DNA of 38,390 nt from Nanobdellota archaeon (lineage in GTDB: Archaea; Nanobdellota; Nanobdellia; Pacearchaeales; GW2011-AR1), in contig DAOWJK010000011.1 in the NCBI GenBank assembly GCA_030640395.1, positions 1 through 38,390 of the forward strand, written 5' to 3'. The position numbers were made by a program, and so were the translations under genes. Shown piece by piece: positions 26,758-35,966 of this stretch. Under the pieces are notes generated by a model. That model was not told the DNA's origin and did not search any database. It worked only from the letters and a program-made list of their open reading frames with translations. How positions within the stretch are numbered: position 1 is the stretch's first letter; every line of letters begins with the position of its first letter.

Positions 26758-28113
26758 ATGACAAAAATTGGATTAGAAATTCATGGTTATCTTTTAACAA
26801 ATGAAAAACTCTTCTGTGCTTGCAAATCAGAACACGGGCTAAAACATTCAAAACCGAACACAAATATCTGTGCTATTTGCACAGCCCAGCCAGGGGCAAA
26901 GCCAATGCTCCCAAATAAAACAGCCGTAAATAAAGTAATCCAAATTGCGTTAATTCTTGGATGCAAAATAAACGAAAAACTTGTATGGGCCAGGAAACAT
27001 TATGACTGGCCTGACCTGCCAAAAGGATATCAAAACACAATTTCTGGAGCTTATGCAATTCCTGTCGGAGAAAAAGGAAAATTTTTAGGAATACGAATTA
27101 CCGAGGCGCATCTTGAAGAAGACCCTGCAGCATGGAACCCAAAAACAGGGGAAATAGATTACAATCGTTCCGGAAGCCCTTTAATAGAAATTGTAACAGA
27201 ACCAGATTTTAAAAATTCCGAACAAGTAATTTCATGGCTAAAACAATTGCTCACAACTCTAAGTTACATAAAAGCCATTGACAAAAATCTGGGAATAAAA
27301 GCAGATGTAAATGTCTCTGTTTCAGGAGGAGCAAGAATTGAGATTAAAAACATAAACAGTCTGAAAAACATCAAAACAGCAATTGAATATGAGCTCCAAA
27401 AACAAAAAAAACAGCTTCCTAAAGTTCAGGAAACAAAAATGTTTGATGAAAGCAAAGCCATTACAATAAAAATGCGTTCAAAAGAACAAGCCCAGGATTA
27501 CAGATTTATTTCAGACCCGGACTTGCCGATAATAAAAATTGAAAAATCAAGAGTAGAAAAAATAAAATCTGCTTTGCCCGAAACTCCGTCAGAAAAACTA
27601 AAAAAGATTGTTAAAAAATATAAAATAGAAAAAACTTCAGCAGAAACTTTAACAAAAAAATTAGAAATTGTGGAGTTCTTTGAAAAAATAATTGAAAAAG
27701 CAAATCCAAAACTTGCAGTTCGTTGGGTAACTGAAGAACTTCTTAGTGTCCTGAATTACAACAAAAAAGAATTAGAAGATGTTGAAATAAAACCAGAACA
27801 TTTTATTGAATTGCTCAAACTTATAGAAGATAAAACAATTACAGAACTAAAAGCAAAAGATATTTTACGAAGCTGGAAAGAGAAATCACTTTCCCCAAAA
27901 CAAGAAATAAAAAAATTTTCTCAAATTTCAGACAAAAAAGAAATTCAAAAACTTGCTCAAAAAGTTATTAAAGAAAATTCAAAAGCAGTTGAAGATTACA
28001 AGTCAGGGAAAAAACAATCTTTGAATTTCTTAATTGGACAGGTAATGAGAGCAAGTGATAAGAGGGCTGATTTTGAAATGGCGAGAGATGTTTTGGTTAA
28101 AGAATTGGAATAA
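26758..28113 (+). CDS. gatB: Asp-tRNA(Asn) amidotransferase subunit B
   Basis: IGLEIH, KLFC, RKHY.WPDLPKGYQ, HLEED, DYNRSG.PLIEIVTEPD, DVNVS, EIKN, DYRF, NFLIGQVMR. Confidence 0.96.
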   Translation: MTKIGLEIHGYLLTNEKLFCACKSEHGLKHSKPNTNICAICTAQPGAKPMLPNKTAVNKVIQIALILGCKINEKLVWARKHYDWPDLPKGYQNTISGAYAIPVGEKGKFLGIRITEAHLEEDPAAWNPKTGEIDYNRSGSPLIEIVTEPDFKNSEQVISWLKQLLTTLSYIKAIDKNLGIKADVNVSVSGGARIEIKNINSLKNIKTAIEYELQKQKKQLPKVQETKMFDESKAITIKMRSKEQAQDYRFISDPDLPIIKIEKSRVEKIKSALPETPSEKLKKIVKKYKIEKTSAETLTKKLEIVEFFEKIIEKANPKLAVRWVTEELLSVLNYNKKELEDVEIKPEHFIELLKLIEDKTITELKAKDILRSWKEKSLSPKQEIKKFSQISDKKEIQKLAQKVIKENSKAVEDYKSGKKQSLNFLIGQVMRASDKRADFEMARDVLVKELE

Positions 28114-28268
28114 ATTATTTTTTTGATTTTTACATATTTTTCTTTTTACTGCTATTATTATTAAAAAGTTTTTAAGAAAAATTTTATGATAAAAACTCGA
28201 AAAAAATGTAAGAATAAATTAGTAATGGTTTTTTAATGAATAAATTAAAATGTTAAAATACAGAAACT

Positions 28269-29252
28269 TTAATTAGCAGTGCATTGACAATCTTGATAAC
28301 TATCAGACTTGGCTGATCCAATTAGCCCTGCAGGGCCCATACTCGCAGTACCGCAAATCAGAGATTCTTCGCACGAATTTACATATTTTGTAAAATGTTG
28401 TGTTTTAAAACAAATTACACCATATTCATTCCAAATAGTACGATATTGCCCGCCCGGAGATGTAAATTCGCCAAATGGTCCTGACATAGAATACCAATCA
28501 GTGCTACAAGCACCATAATGATGTGATACATAATTTATTCTCGCGTAGTATTGTCCATTTTCAAATTTTCCACTAAATGATCCTGACACAGGATATGAAC
28601 CCGCTCCTATACAAGAACAACTTATTATGCATGGTTGAATATTACAACTCTGCGACTCTGTAGAAGAGCCAGAGCAAGTTGCTCCCCCGCATTCTGGAGC
28701 AGGATTTGTACAGGTTCTTGTTCTTGTTTGAGTTCCACCGCCACACGAAACAGAACAAGCACTCCAGCCAGACCATGCACTCCATCCTCCATCTACAGGA
28801 ACACAACCAAACTCCCCTCCATTAATTGCATCTTGTAAACTCATTTCAGAACCGTCTACAGAAATTAAAATCTCGTCTGCACTATGCCCAAAAACTATAT
28901 TAGAATTATATGAGGATGAAACACTTCCGTATAACGAAGAATCAATTGCCTGTTGCAAATTCATCTCATTGCCATTAACAGAAACATAAATATCATTTCC
29001 AGTATGATAAGCTCCTGAAATTTCTGTTGTGTAGTCCTGTGTTGGAGATGGAGCACCCTCAACAAGAAAACCATTATCTATTGCCTCCTGCAAAGTCATT
29101 GTAAAACCATCTACAGAAACCAAAACAGCGTCGCATCCATGCCCGGGATTTGGAATTTGTTGAGTATATTCATATGCAATAATAATGCCCACTATTAACA
29201 AAACTACCGCTATTGAAATAAAAATTATTTTATTAGAAAATTTATTCACCAT
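28269..29252 (-). CDS. Membrane-anchored surface protein with three internal repeats and a thrombospondin type-1 domain
   Basis: N-terminal TM; three H..D.(I/V).VSV(D/N)G..M.LQ.AI units; [39 protein letters not shown]...ESQSCN.QPC. Confidence 0.88.
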   Translation of the reverse strand: MVNKFSNKIIFISIAVVLLIVGIIIAYEYTQQIPNPGHGCDAVLVSVDGFTMTLQEAIDNGFLVEGAPSPTQDYTTEISGAYHTGNDIYVSVNGNEMNLQQAIDSSLYGSVSSSYNSNIVFGHSADEILISVDGSEMSLQDAINGGEFGCVPVDGGWSAWSGWSACSVSCGGGTQTRTRTCTNPAPECGGATCSGSSTESQSCNIQPCIISCSCIGAGSYPVSGSFSGKFENGQYYARINYVSHHYGACSTDWYSMSGPFGEFTSPGGQYRTIWNEYGVICFKTQHFTKYVNSCEESLICGTASMGPAGLIGSAKSDSYQDCQCTAN

Positions 29253-29300
29253 TTTTATATTATTCTATTAAAAAAACAGGATTTATAAATTTTACTTAAA

Positions 29301-29372
29301 TGAACTCGCGAGGATTCGAACCTCGATCAACAGGGCCGAAACCTGTTATTCTATCCATTGAACTACGAGTCC
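29301..29372 (-). tRNA. tRNA-Arg (TCG)
   Basis: Reverse complement GGACTCGTAGTTCAATGGATAGAATAACAGGTTTCGGCCCTGTTGATCGAGGTTCGAATCCTCGCGAGTTCA; anticodon loop TT-TCG-GC, A20 present, no intron. Confidence 0.93.
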
Positions 29373-29472
29373 TGATACAACAAGAAAAAAAAGGTTTTTA
29401 TAGTTTAGGATTTTAATTAAAATATAAAAAAGAAGATGAAACAATCAATTAAATTAAACAGGATTGCCCTTG

Positions 29473-29639
29473 TGCGATTTCCATCTCGGAGGTCGAGCGA
29501 TTTCGTGGTAGGGACAAATTTGAAAATGAACAATAACCCGTGCGAAGTCCCATGGCTGATTGCCATTAGGCAATGCGGGAGTTTTAAAGAAATCGCCCAC
29601 CTGAACAAAAAGGGAAATCCCAAAAAACCGCTTAGGTTT
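29473..29639 (+). repeat. Structured intergenic element, copy 2 (candidate ncRNA or leader)
   Basis: Exact shared blocks with 1401-1574; ends in an AAAAAACC-GCTTA-GGTTTTTT hairpin just before the htrA ATG. Confidence 0.85.
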
Positions 29640-29646
29640 TTTTGAA

Positions 29647-30507
29647 ATGGCACTCAGAAAACACCACAAAATAATAATTGGTGGACTTAGTACATTTCTT
29701 CTAGTCTTATTAATAGCAAACAGCGTGTTTATTTATTTTCTCTATGGGCAGTTGCAATTAAGTTACAATAAAATAGAATCAGATATAACAGAATTAAAAA
29801 CAGACACCCAAAGTAAATTCAATGAACTAACCACAAGCATCCTCCAGGCACAGGAAGAATTAAATTCACTTGGCTCTCAAATTGGCTCAATGGGACAGGA
29901 AATGGATTTGCTCAAAGCCTCGGCAAGTGCGGATTTTTCAGGAATCATCGAAGACGCAATCAAGTCTGTTGTAACAATAAGAACAGACATTAGCCAGGGA
30001 ACAGGATTCATCATAGACCAGGAAGGATATATTGTAACAAACTACCATGTAATGGAAAACGCAAAATCAGCGGGAATTTTTACATATGACAGCGAAACAT
30101 ATTCAGTAAATTTAATCGGGTACAACAGCAATTTTGATATTGCATTATTAAAAATTTCCGGAGATTTTGAAAAGCTAAAACTTGCAGATTCCGACGACAT
30201 TCAAATAGGAGAAAAAGTAATTGCAATAGGAAATCCATTAGGATTGCAATTCTCTGTTTCAGAAGGAATTGTCTCGGCAGTTCACAGGCCAGGACCAAGC
30301 GGGGTCAACGCATACATCCAAACCGACGCAGCACTAAATCCTGGAAATTCAGGAGGCCCTTTAATCAACAAAAAAGGAAAAGTAATCGGAATTAATAATT
30401 TCAAAATTGGAGGAGGAGAAAGTCTTGGCTTTGCATTAGAATCAAATTACATAGAAAGTATTGTAAATGAAATCGCACTGGAAAAATTAAACCAGACATT
30501 AATTTAA
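29647..30507 (+). CDS. HtrA/DegP-like trypsin serine protease (TM, coiled coil, no PDZ)
   Basis: GTGFII, VTNYHV, DIALLK, IGNPLG, IQTDAALNPGNSGGPL. Confidence 0.93.
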   Translation: MALRKHHKIIIGGLSTFLLVLLIANSVFIYFLYGQLQLSYNKIESDITELKTDTQSKFNELTTSILQAQEELNSLGSQIGSMGQEMDLLKASASADFSGIIEDAIKSVVTIRTDISQGTGFIIDQEGYIVTNYHVMENAKSAGIFTYDSETYSVNLIGYNSNFDIALLKISGDFEKLKLADSDDIQIGEKVIAIGNPLGLQFSVSEGIVSAVHRPGPSGVNAYIQTDAALNPGNSGGPLINKKGKVIGINNFKIGGGESLGFALESNYIESIVNEIALEKLNQTLI

Positions 30508-30584
30508 TAAGAGCAAGATTTTACAAATCTTCCACTACAACTTTTTCTAAAAAAAGTTATAAACCCTTTTTCCTTTAAACAATT

Positions 30585-32030
30585 ATGACAAAAAAAAATC
30601 AAGAGGGTATTACAGTTAAAAAAAATGAGAATTTTAGTGAATGGTTCACACAAGTTATTCAAAAATGCGAACTCGCAGATTTAAGATATAATGTAAAAGG
30701 ATTTTTGGTTTTCCAGCCTTGGTCTGTTTTGGCAATGGAAAAAATGTACAAACATCTTGAGGATGTTTTGCAAAAAAAATCACACAAGCCATACTGGTTT
30801 CCAACTGTAATTCCTAAGAGCAATCTCCAAAAAGAAGCATCTCATATTAAAGGATTCACTCCGGAAGTTTTTTGGGTCACGCATGGAGGAACAAAAAAAC
30901 TCGAAGAACCTCTTGCCCTGCGACCAACTTCTGAAACTGCATTTTACCAGATGTTCAACTTATGGATAAGAAGTTACAAGGACCTGCCTTTCAAAACATA
31001 CCAAAGAGCACAAGTCTTTAGGCACGAAACAAAAGCAACACGACCTTTTCTAAGAAGCAGGGAGTTCCACTGGATAGAAACTCACTGCGCACATGCAACA
31101 GAACAAGATGCAATAAAACAAATCCAGGAAGACATGGAAACAACAGAAGAAGTTTTGCACAAAATATTTGGCTTGCCGTTTATGTTCTTTGAAAGACCAG
31201 CATGGGACAAGTTCGCAGGAGCACACAGAACCTTTGCATCAGATGTGCTAAACCCCGACGGCAAAGTCATACAGCAACCATCAACACATATAATCTCCCC
31301 GAGTTTTTCAAAAGCATTTAACATAACTTACAAAGACAGAGATGGGAAAGAAAAACCCTGTTACACAACTTGCTATGGTCCTTCAATCTCAAGAATATTC
31401 GCAAGCATAATTATAACTCACGGAGACGACAAAGGATTAAAATTCCCCTGGGAAATCGCACCATTGCAAATAATAATAATCCCAATAGATAAGAAAGTAA
31501 ACAAAAAAGCAGAAATACTCAAAAAAGAAATTGAAAAATCTTATTCTGTGGAAATAGATTATTCTGATAAAAGACCTGGTGAAAAATTCAATTACTGGGA
31601 AATGAAAGGGGTTCCAATAAGAATAGATTTAGGATTAAAAGATTTGGAAAAAAAGCAGATAACAATTTTTAGAAGAGACTTGAATAAAAAAATTGTTGTC
31701 CCGGAAAAAGATGTTCTCAAAACAATTGAAAAAATATCAAAAGAATTCACAAAAAATTTAATAAAAGAAGCAGACAAAATTTTTAAAGGAAAAATAAAAG
31801 ACGCCAGGAACATTAACGAAGTAAAAAAAATAATAAAAGATGGTGCAATTGCCAGATGTAATTTCTGCTCAGTTGACAAAGATGGTGAAAAATGTGCAGA
31901 AAAAATTATCAAAGAAATTTCAGCAGAAGTCAGAGGAACAAAATTAGATGAAAAAATAAAACCATTTGGAAAATGTGTAGTCTGCGGAAAAAAAGCAAAA
32001 GAGATTGTTTACATTGCCAAGTCATACTAA
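30585..32030 (+). CDS. proS: Prolyl-tRNA synthetase (archaeal/eukaryotic type)
   Basis: FSEWF, LRPTSET, FRHETKATRPFLR.REF.W.E, C-terminal zinc site and AKSY end. Confidence 0.97.
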   Translation: MTKKNQEGITVKKNENFSEWFTQVIQKCELADLRYNVKGFLVFQPWSVLAMEKMYKHLEDVLQKKSHKPYWFPTVIPKSNLQKEASHIKGFTPEVFWVTHGGTKKLEEPLALRPTSETAFYQMFNLWIRSYKDLPFKTYQRAQVFRHETKATRPFLRSREFHWIETHCAHATEQDAIKQIQEDMETTEEVLHKIFGLPFMFFERPAWDKFAGAHRTFASDVLNPDGKVIQQPSTHIISPSFSKAFNITYKDRDGKEKPCYTTCYGPSISRIFASIIITHGDDKGLKFPWEIAPLQIIIIPIDKKVNKKAEILKKEIEKSYSVEIDYSDKRPGEKFNYWEMKGVPIRIDLGLKDLEKKQITIFRRDLNKKIVVPEKDVLKTIEKISKEFTKNLIKEADKIFKGKIKDARNINEVKKIIKDGAIARCNFCSVDKDGEKCAEKIIKEISAEVRGTKLDEKIKPFGKCVVCGKKAKEIVYIAKSY

Positions 32031-32407
32031 CAAAAACCTCTTCTTCTTTATATTAAACTATTCATTACTAATAATTGAATTAAGCTCGTCTTCTAATCTA
32101 AAAGTGATTTCCATCAAACGACTTAATTCTTCTTCTACAAATTTTTTCTCTGCCATGTTGTCTTCCATTTTTGGAATTTCCAATAAAAACAGAAATCTTC
32201 TCTAACCTAAATTAATTTAGAAATTATTCAACTTAATTCAGGCAAAAAAGAAAATCTGAATTAAATTGAAACAGGTTTAATTGTAGCATAGACTAAGCCA
32301 AATATGCAATTCTTCCAACTTGCAAATCTTAGTCTATCACTCATAACCTCCTTAAGAAAATAAGGTTTATAATATTTGTGTTAAAAAATAAGTTCTCCTT
32401 ATATCTT

Positions 32408-33502
32408 TCATAATCCCTTTTTGCCCTCTATGTTTATATCTCCTCTCATAGAGGGTACATCCTTGGGTGCCCTCTTCCCAACCAACTCAACAAACCTCTC
32501 CTTAAATTTCTCCAAATCCTTAACCTTGACTCTAACACCAACAGCCCTCTCATGCCCCCCGCCAGTCGCCCCTTCCAAATCCTTAATCACTTCCAAAACA
32601 ATTTCCCTGACATTATCTCCTCTGACAGAAATATTCACCTTGTCTCCTGAAACATAAATCACAACAATAATCTTCCCAGGAAATTCATACCTCAGCCCAT
32701 TTGACAAATCAGAACTAATGCTCAGCTCTCCTCCATACTGAAAAAACAAAACCCCCCCCTCATTTTTCTGGGACTTCGCCTTCTCCAGCAATTTTTCATA
32801 TTTCTCATTTATCTCTTTAAATTTTTTATACATAGTCTGGTTATATTTGCTCTCTTCCAAAACCTCATAAGGCGTCCTGACCTTCATCAAAAACTTCAAC
32901 ATATTTACCACATTAGTTGTTCTGTCTTTTAATCCCGCATTAAAAATTCTCCCAATCTTCCCTATCTGAGATTTAAAATAAATCTCTTTAACATTTTTAG
33001 AATCAATAATCAAGTCAGGATATTTTTCTTTAAACTCAAAATAAAAATCAGGAACAAAATGATCAGAAATGCACCCAACAACTGCTATCCACAAATCCTG
33101 TTTTCTGTTAGTTATCTGATAACACAAAGCTGTAACAGGTTCATTTGTTTTCTCTTTATTTAACAGAGGATTATAATAATTAACAAAATCAGGAATATCG
33201 CTATTCTCATGATGGTCAATCCACACCACCGGAAGATTAACCTGCCGAACCTCTTTCAAAAATTCCTCAGAAACAACATGCCTGTCCAAAATAAAAATAT
33301 AATCTGCATTTAGTTCCATGACTTTTTTAAAATAATTTCCCGCGTCCGCAGACTTCATCGCAACACCTTTTCCCCTTCCAATATATCTCTGCAGCAAAAG
33401 AAAACTACAAAGCCCGTCCCCGTCATTATCAAAAAAGAAAATCGGATTCTGTGCTTTTTCCAAATGCTCCTGAACTTCTAAAATTTGTTTTTGAGTTAGC
33501 AT
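32408..33502 (-). CDS. DHH/DHHA1 phosphoesterase (RecJ/NrnA-like)
   Basis: DNDGDG, ILD, WIDHH, ISD, ISVRG, GGGH; start moved to ATG 33502. Confidence 0.9.
   Translation of the reverse strand: MLTQKQILEVQEHLEKAQNPIFFFDNDGDGLCSFLLLQRYIGRGKGVAMKSADAGNYFKKVMELNADYIFILDRHVVSEEFLKEVRQVNLPVVWIDHHENSDIPDFVNYYNPLLNKEKTNEPVTALCYQITNRKQDLWIAVVGCISDHFVPDFYFEFKEKYPDLIIDSKNVKEIYFKSQIGKIGRIFNAGLKDRTTNVVNMLKFLMKVRTPYEVLEESKYNQTMYKKFKEINEKYEKLLEKAKSQKNEGGVLFFQYGGELSISSDLSNGLRYEFPGKIIVVIYVSGDKVNISVRGDNVREIVLEVIKDLEGATGGGHERAVGVRVKVKDLEKFKERFVELVGKRAPKDVPSMRGDINIEGKKGL
32422..32469 (-). mobile_element. In-frame double-hairpin insertion (48 nt) near the DHH C-terminus
   Basis: Encodes APKDVPSMRGDINIEG; near-identical to the gatE copy. 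Confidence 0.92.
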
Positions 33503-33524
33503 TTTAATTAAAAGCAAATGTGAT

Positions 33525-34604
33525 TTAAAAACCTTCAACAACTTCAGTTCCTAATTTCTTATATCCAAAAAAATCAGTTGTATAATTATAAGCCCCGGCA
33601 TTTAAAAAAACAATTTTATCCCCAACTTTTGGATTTTGCAATTTCACCTTATATCTAAAAATATCATCCCGCGTCGGGGAGTTTCCTTTAATTAAATAAA
33701 ATTTCCTGCCCCGTAATTCCGTACTTTGGGGTACACCAGGCGGTGCTGATTCATCATCCTCAAACTCTCCTTCAATAAGCATTTTTGTGCCAGTTAAAAT
33801 AGTGTCCAACGCACAATTATAAATCGTGGTATTAATCACAATATTGTTTTCCTGAATCTGAATAATTTCTGTCTTAAGTTTTATGCAAGGTGCAGCAAAA
33901 AATCTCCCTGGTTCAATATATGTTTCAATATTATATTCCTTTAAAAATTCTTTTGCATTTGTTATTTTTTTAAAAATATAAACCAGCACTTCTGAAACAT
34001 AACTCCGATATTTCGTCGGAAGCCCACCACCAATATTCAAAAAATCAATCCTCTCCAAACTTTCTTTTGTCAAAGAATCTTCTAACTCTTCTTTAATTTC
34101 CCACTCACTCGTATTTTGCGACTTTCTATGAATATGAACTCCAAGCTTTTCAATAAAAACATTATCTTTAATCCTCGCTATTATCTCGTTTATTTTTTTT
34201 GAAGCCATACCATAAACAAAATATTTCCCAGAACCAATCCTATGCTCCTGAAATTTCATTCTCAAAGAAAGATTAATTTTTATTTTTTCTTCTTCAATCA
34301 CATTCAAAACTCTCTCCAAATCAACTTCATTATCAACAACAAAATTTTTTATTCCCTTTTTTAAAATTTCTTTTAATTCTTCTTCTGGCTCTGCCTGAGT
34401 AAAAAACCAAATCCTTGACTTATCCTTAATCATATCTATTTCCTCTTTGGCATGAATTGAAAAATCACAATCAGAAATTTCCTGCAAAACATTTCCAACT
34501 TCCCTGTTGGTTTTATAAGAGTAAGAAATTTTTAATCCAAGATTTTTTAGAGTTTTTACTTGTTCTAAGAGTTTGGATTTTGAGAGGATGAATTTAGCTT
34601 CCAT
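33525..34604 (-). CDS. Fold-type III PLP decarboxylase (ornithine/DAP/arginine decarboxylase family)
   Basis: SYSYKTN (PLP Lys), HIH..SQ, LNIGGG, IEPGR, NAGAY; start moved to ATG 34604. Confidence 0.9.
   Translation of the reverse strand: MEAKFILSKSKLLEQVKTLKNLGLKISYSYKTNREVGNVLQEISDCDFSIHAKEEIDMIKDKSRIWFFTQAEPEEELKEILKKGIKNFVVDNEVDLERVLNVIEEEKIKINLSLRMKFQEHRIGSGKYFVYGMASKKINEIIARIKDNVFIEKLGVHIHRKSQNTSEWEIKEELEDSLTKESLERIDFLNIGGGLPTKYRSYVSEVLVYIFKKITNAKEFLKEYNIETYIEPGRFFAAPCIKLKTEIIQIQENNIVINTTIYNCALDTILTGTKMLIEGEFEDDESAPPGVPQSTELRGRKFYLIKGNSPTRDDIFRYKVKLQNPKVGDKIVFLNAGAYNYTTDFFGYKKLGTEVVEGF
33707..33745 (-). mobile_element. In-frame double-hairpin insertion (39 nt) in the decarboxylase gene
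   Basis: + strand TGCCCCGTAATTCCGTACTTTGGGGTACACCAGGCGGTG; encodes APPGVPQSTELRG. Confidence 0.92.
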
Positions 34605-34672
34605 AACAAAAAACAAGATAGAGTGTATTTAAGGTTTTTGTGTGGGGGAATTTTAGGGTTTAGAAAAACAAA

Positions 34673-35821
34673 TTAAATCCAAAATCCATCTAAGGTTAGT
34701 TTCCTTACTCTTTCCCCAAAATTCTCGTCTTTAAATTTTAAGGCAGTTATCTCTTTATTATTCATTACAAAACCATCAACATTTTTTGCTTCAATTTCTT
34801 TTAATACACTTTCTTTTGTCCAATATTTTCCATTTGCATCAGAAGATAATCTTTCACATTTTCCAAGATTTATGTAAAAATTTGCTTCTTCTTTTATATT
34901 TTCAAAAGATAATTTTTTATCATGATAATAATTCCAAACATTACCTCTTTTAATTAAAGAAAGATCTTTGTTTTCTGCATAACCCAAAACACAGTTTCTA
35001 ATTTCATCTTCAGAATATACAAGATGGTACAAACTTCCCCCCGATTGTTTCTCATAAATTTTATCGTAGTTAATTTTTCCAACCAACATATTTTTATTTT
35101 TTCTTCTGAATTTCACTTTATCTAATTCATAAAAATTTGTTTCTGGCAAATCCTGGATAAATTTGTCTTCTCTTTCCCCAAACATTAACCCTGCTCTCCA
35201 ATTTTTCTTATTTAAAACTTCAATATTACAACTTGAAACAAATTCTATAAGTTTTTTCCCCTTTTTCTTTTTATCGAATTCAACTTTACACCACCACGGA
35301 TTTTCATATATCCCTGGCTTTTTTCCTTCTTTATTAGGATATCTTGGCTGGGCATAAGTATCAAATCCAATAATCGTTCCTTTCCAACCATAAGTATCCC
35401 AATTATTCTCACTTATTACTTTAATTCTATCTCTTATCTCAAGAGATTCAACTTCTATTTTTTTATCAAATACTTTTATTAGCTTTCTTTCTTTCTGTTT
35501 ATCATTCACTAACAACTTTTTATTTATGTCTTTTTCTTCTATTACATTTCCAAAGCAATCACTTACATATGTTTTGATAGGACTACTATAAGCATCAGAA
35601 TTAGCAGAATCCATTTTATGAAAATTTCTTTTAAGAGGTACAATTGAAGCACCATAAAACCTTTCCTCTTTACCCCATGTTTTATGCTCTACCCAATCGG
35701 TGGCTTTTTTCGTTGCCCCTTTTATGCTATCAAATGATTCGATCTCTCCCCCACCATGCACTAATCCATCAGAGTCTCCATTCTTATACCTAAGTAATAT
35801 GCCATACTTTTTCCCTTTCAT
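34673..35821 (-). CDS. Hypothetical protein, possibly with SH3/KOW-like barrels
   Basis: 382-aa ORF; DRIKVI....YGWKGTIIG...WCKVEFD resembles a small beta-barrel. Confidence 0.7.
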   Translation of the reverse strand: MKGKKYGILLRYKNGDSDGLVHGGGEIESFDSIKGATKKATDWVEHKTWGKEERFYGASIVPLKRNFHKMDSANSDAYSSPIKTYVSDCFGNVIEEKDINKKLLVNDKQKERKLIKVFDKKIEVESLEIRDRIKVISENNWDTYGWKGTIIGFDTYAQPRYPNKEGKKPGIYENPWWCKVEFDKKKKGKKLIEFVSSCNIEVLNKKNWRAGLMFGEREDKFIQDLPETNFYELDKVKFRRKNKNMLVGKINYDKIYEKQSGGSLYHLVYSEDEIRNCVLGYAENKDLSLIKRGNVWNYYHDKKLSFENIKEEANFYINLGKCERLSSDANGKYWTKESVLKEIEAKNVDGFVMNNKEITALKFKDENFGERVRKLTLDGFWI

Positions 35822-35966
35822 TTTTTCTTACCACTATTTAGTTAATACTCTTAAGTAACTCATCTTAATATAACTTTCTACCAATTTTTACACAATCCAT
35901 TAAAATCTTTTGTCTTATTTCACTTAAATTAGTAAGATTTAAAAACATCTTATTATTTATCAAAAT

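Noticed and set aside
29436..29645. 69-aa ORF over intergenic element copy 2 as a real gene
   Set aside because: The frame is not preserved across copy 1 and it lacks the usual TATA spacing or an SD. It is left uncalled, though noted as testable.
9370..33745. Canonical bulge-helix-bulge introns as the explanation for the coding inserts
   Set aside because: I could not find consistent exon-intron pairing forming a BHB. All inserts preserve frame without stops and the wobble pattern favours the antisense strand. Splicing is not excluded without RNA data.
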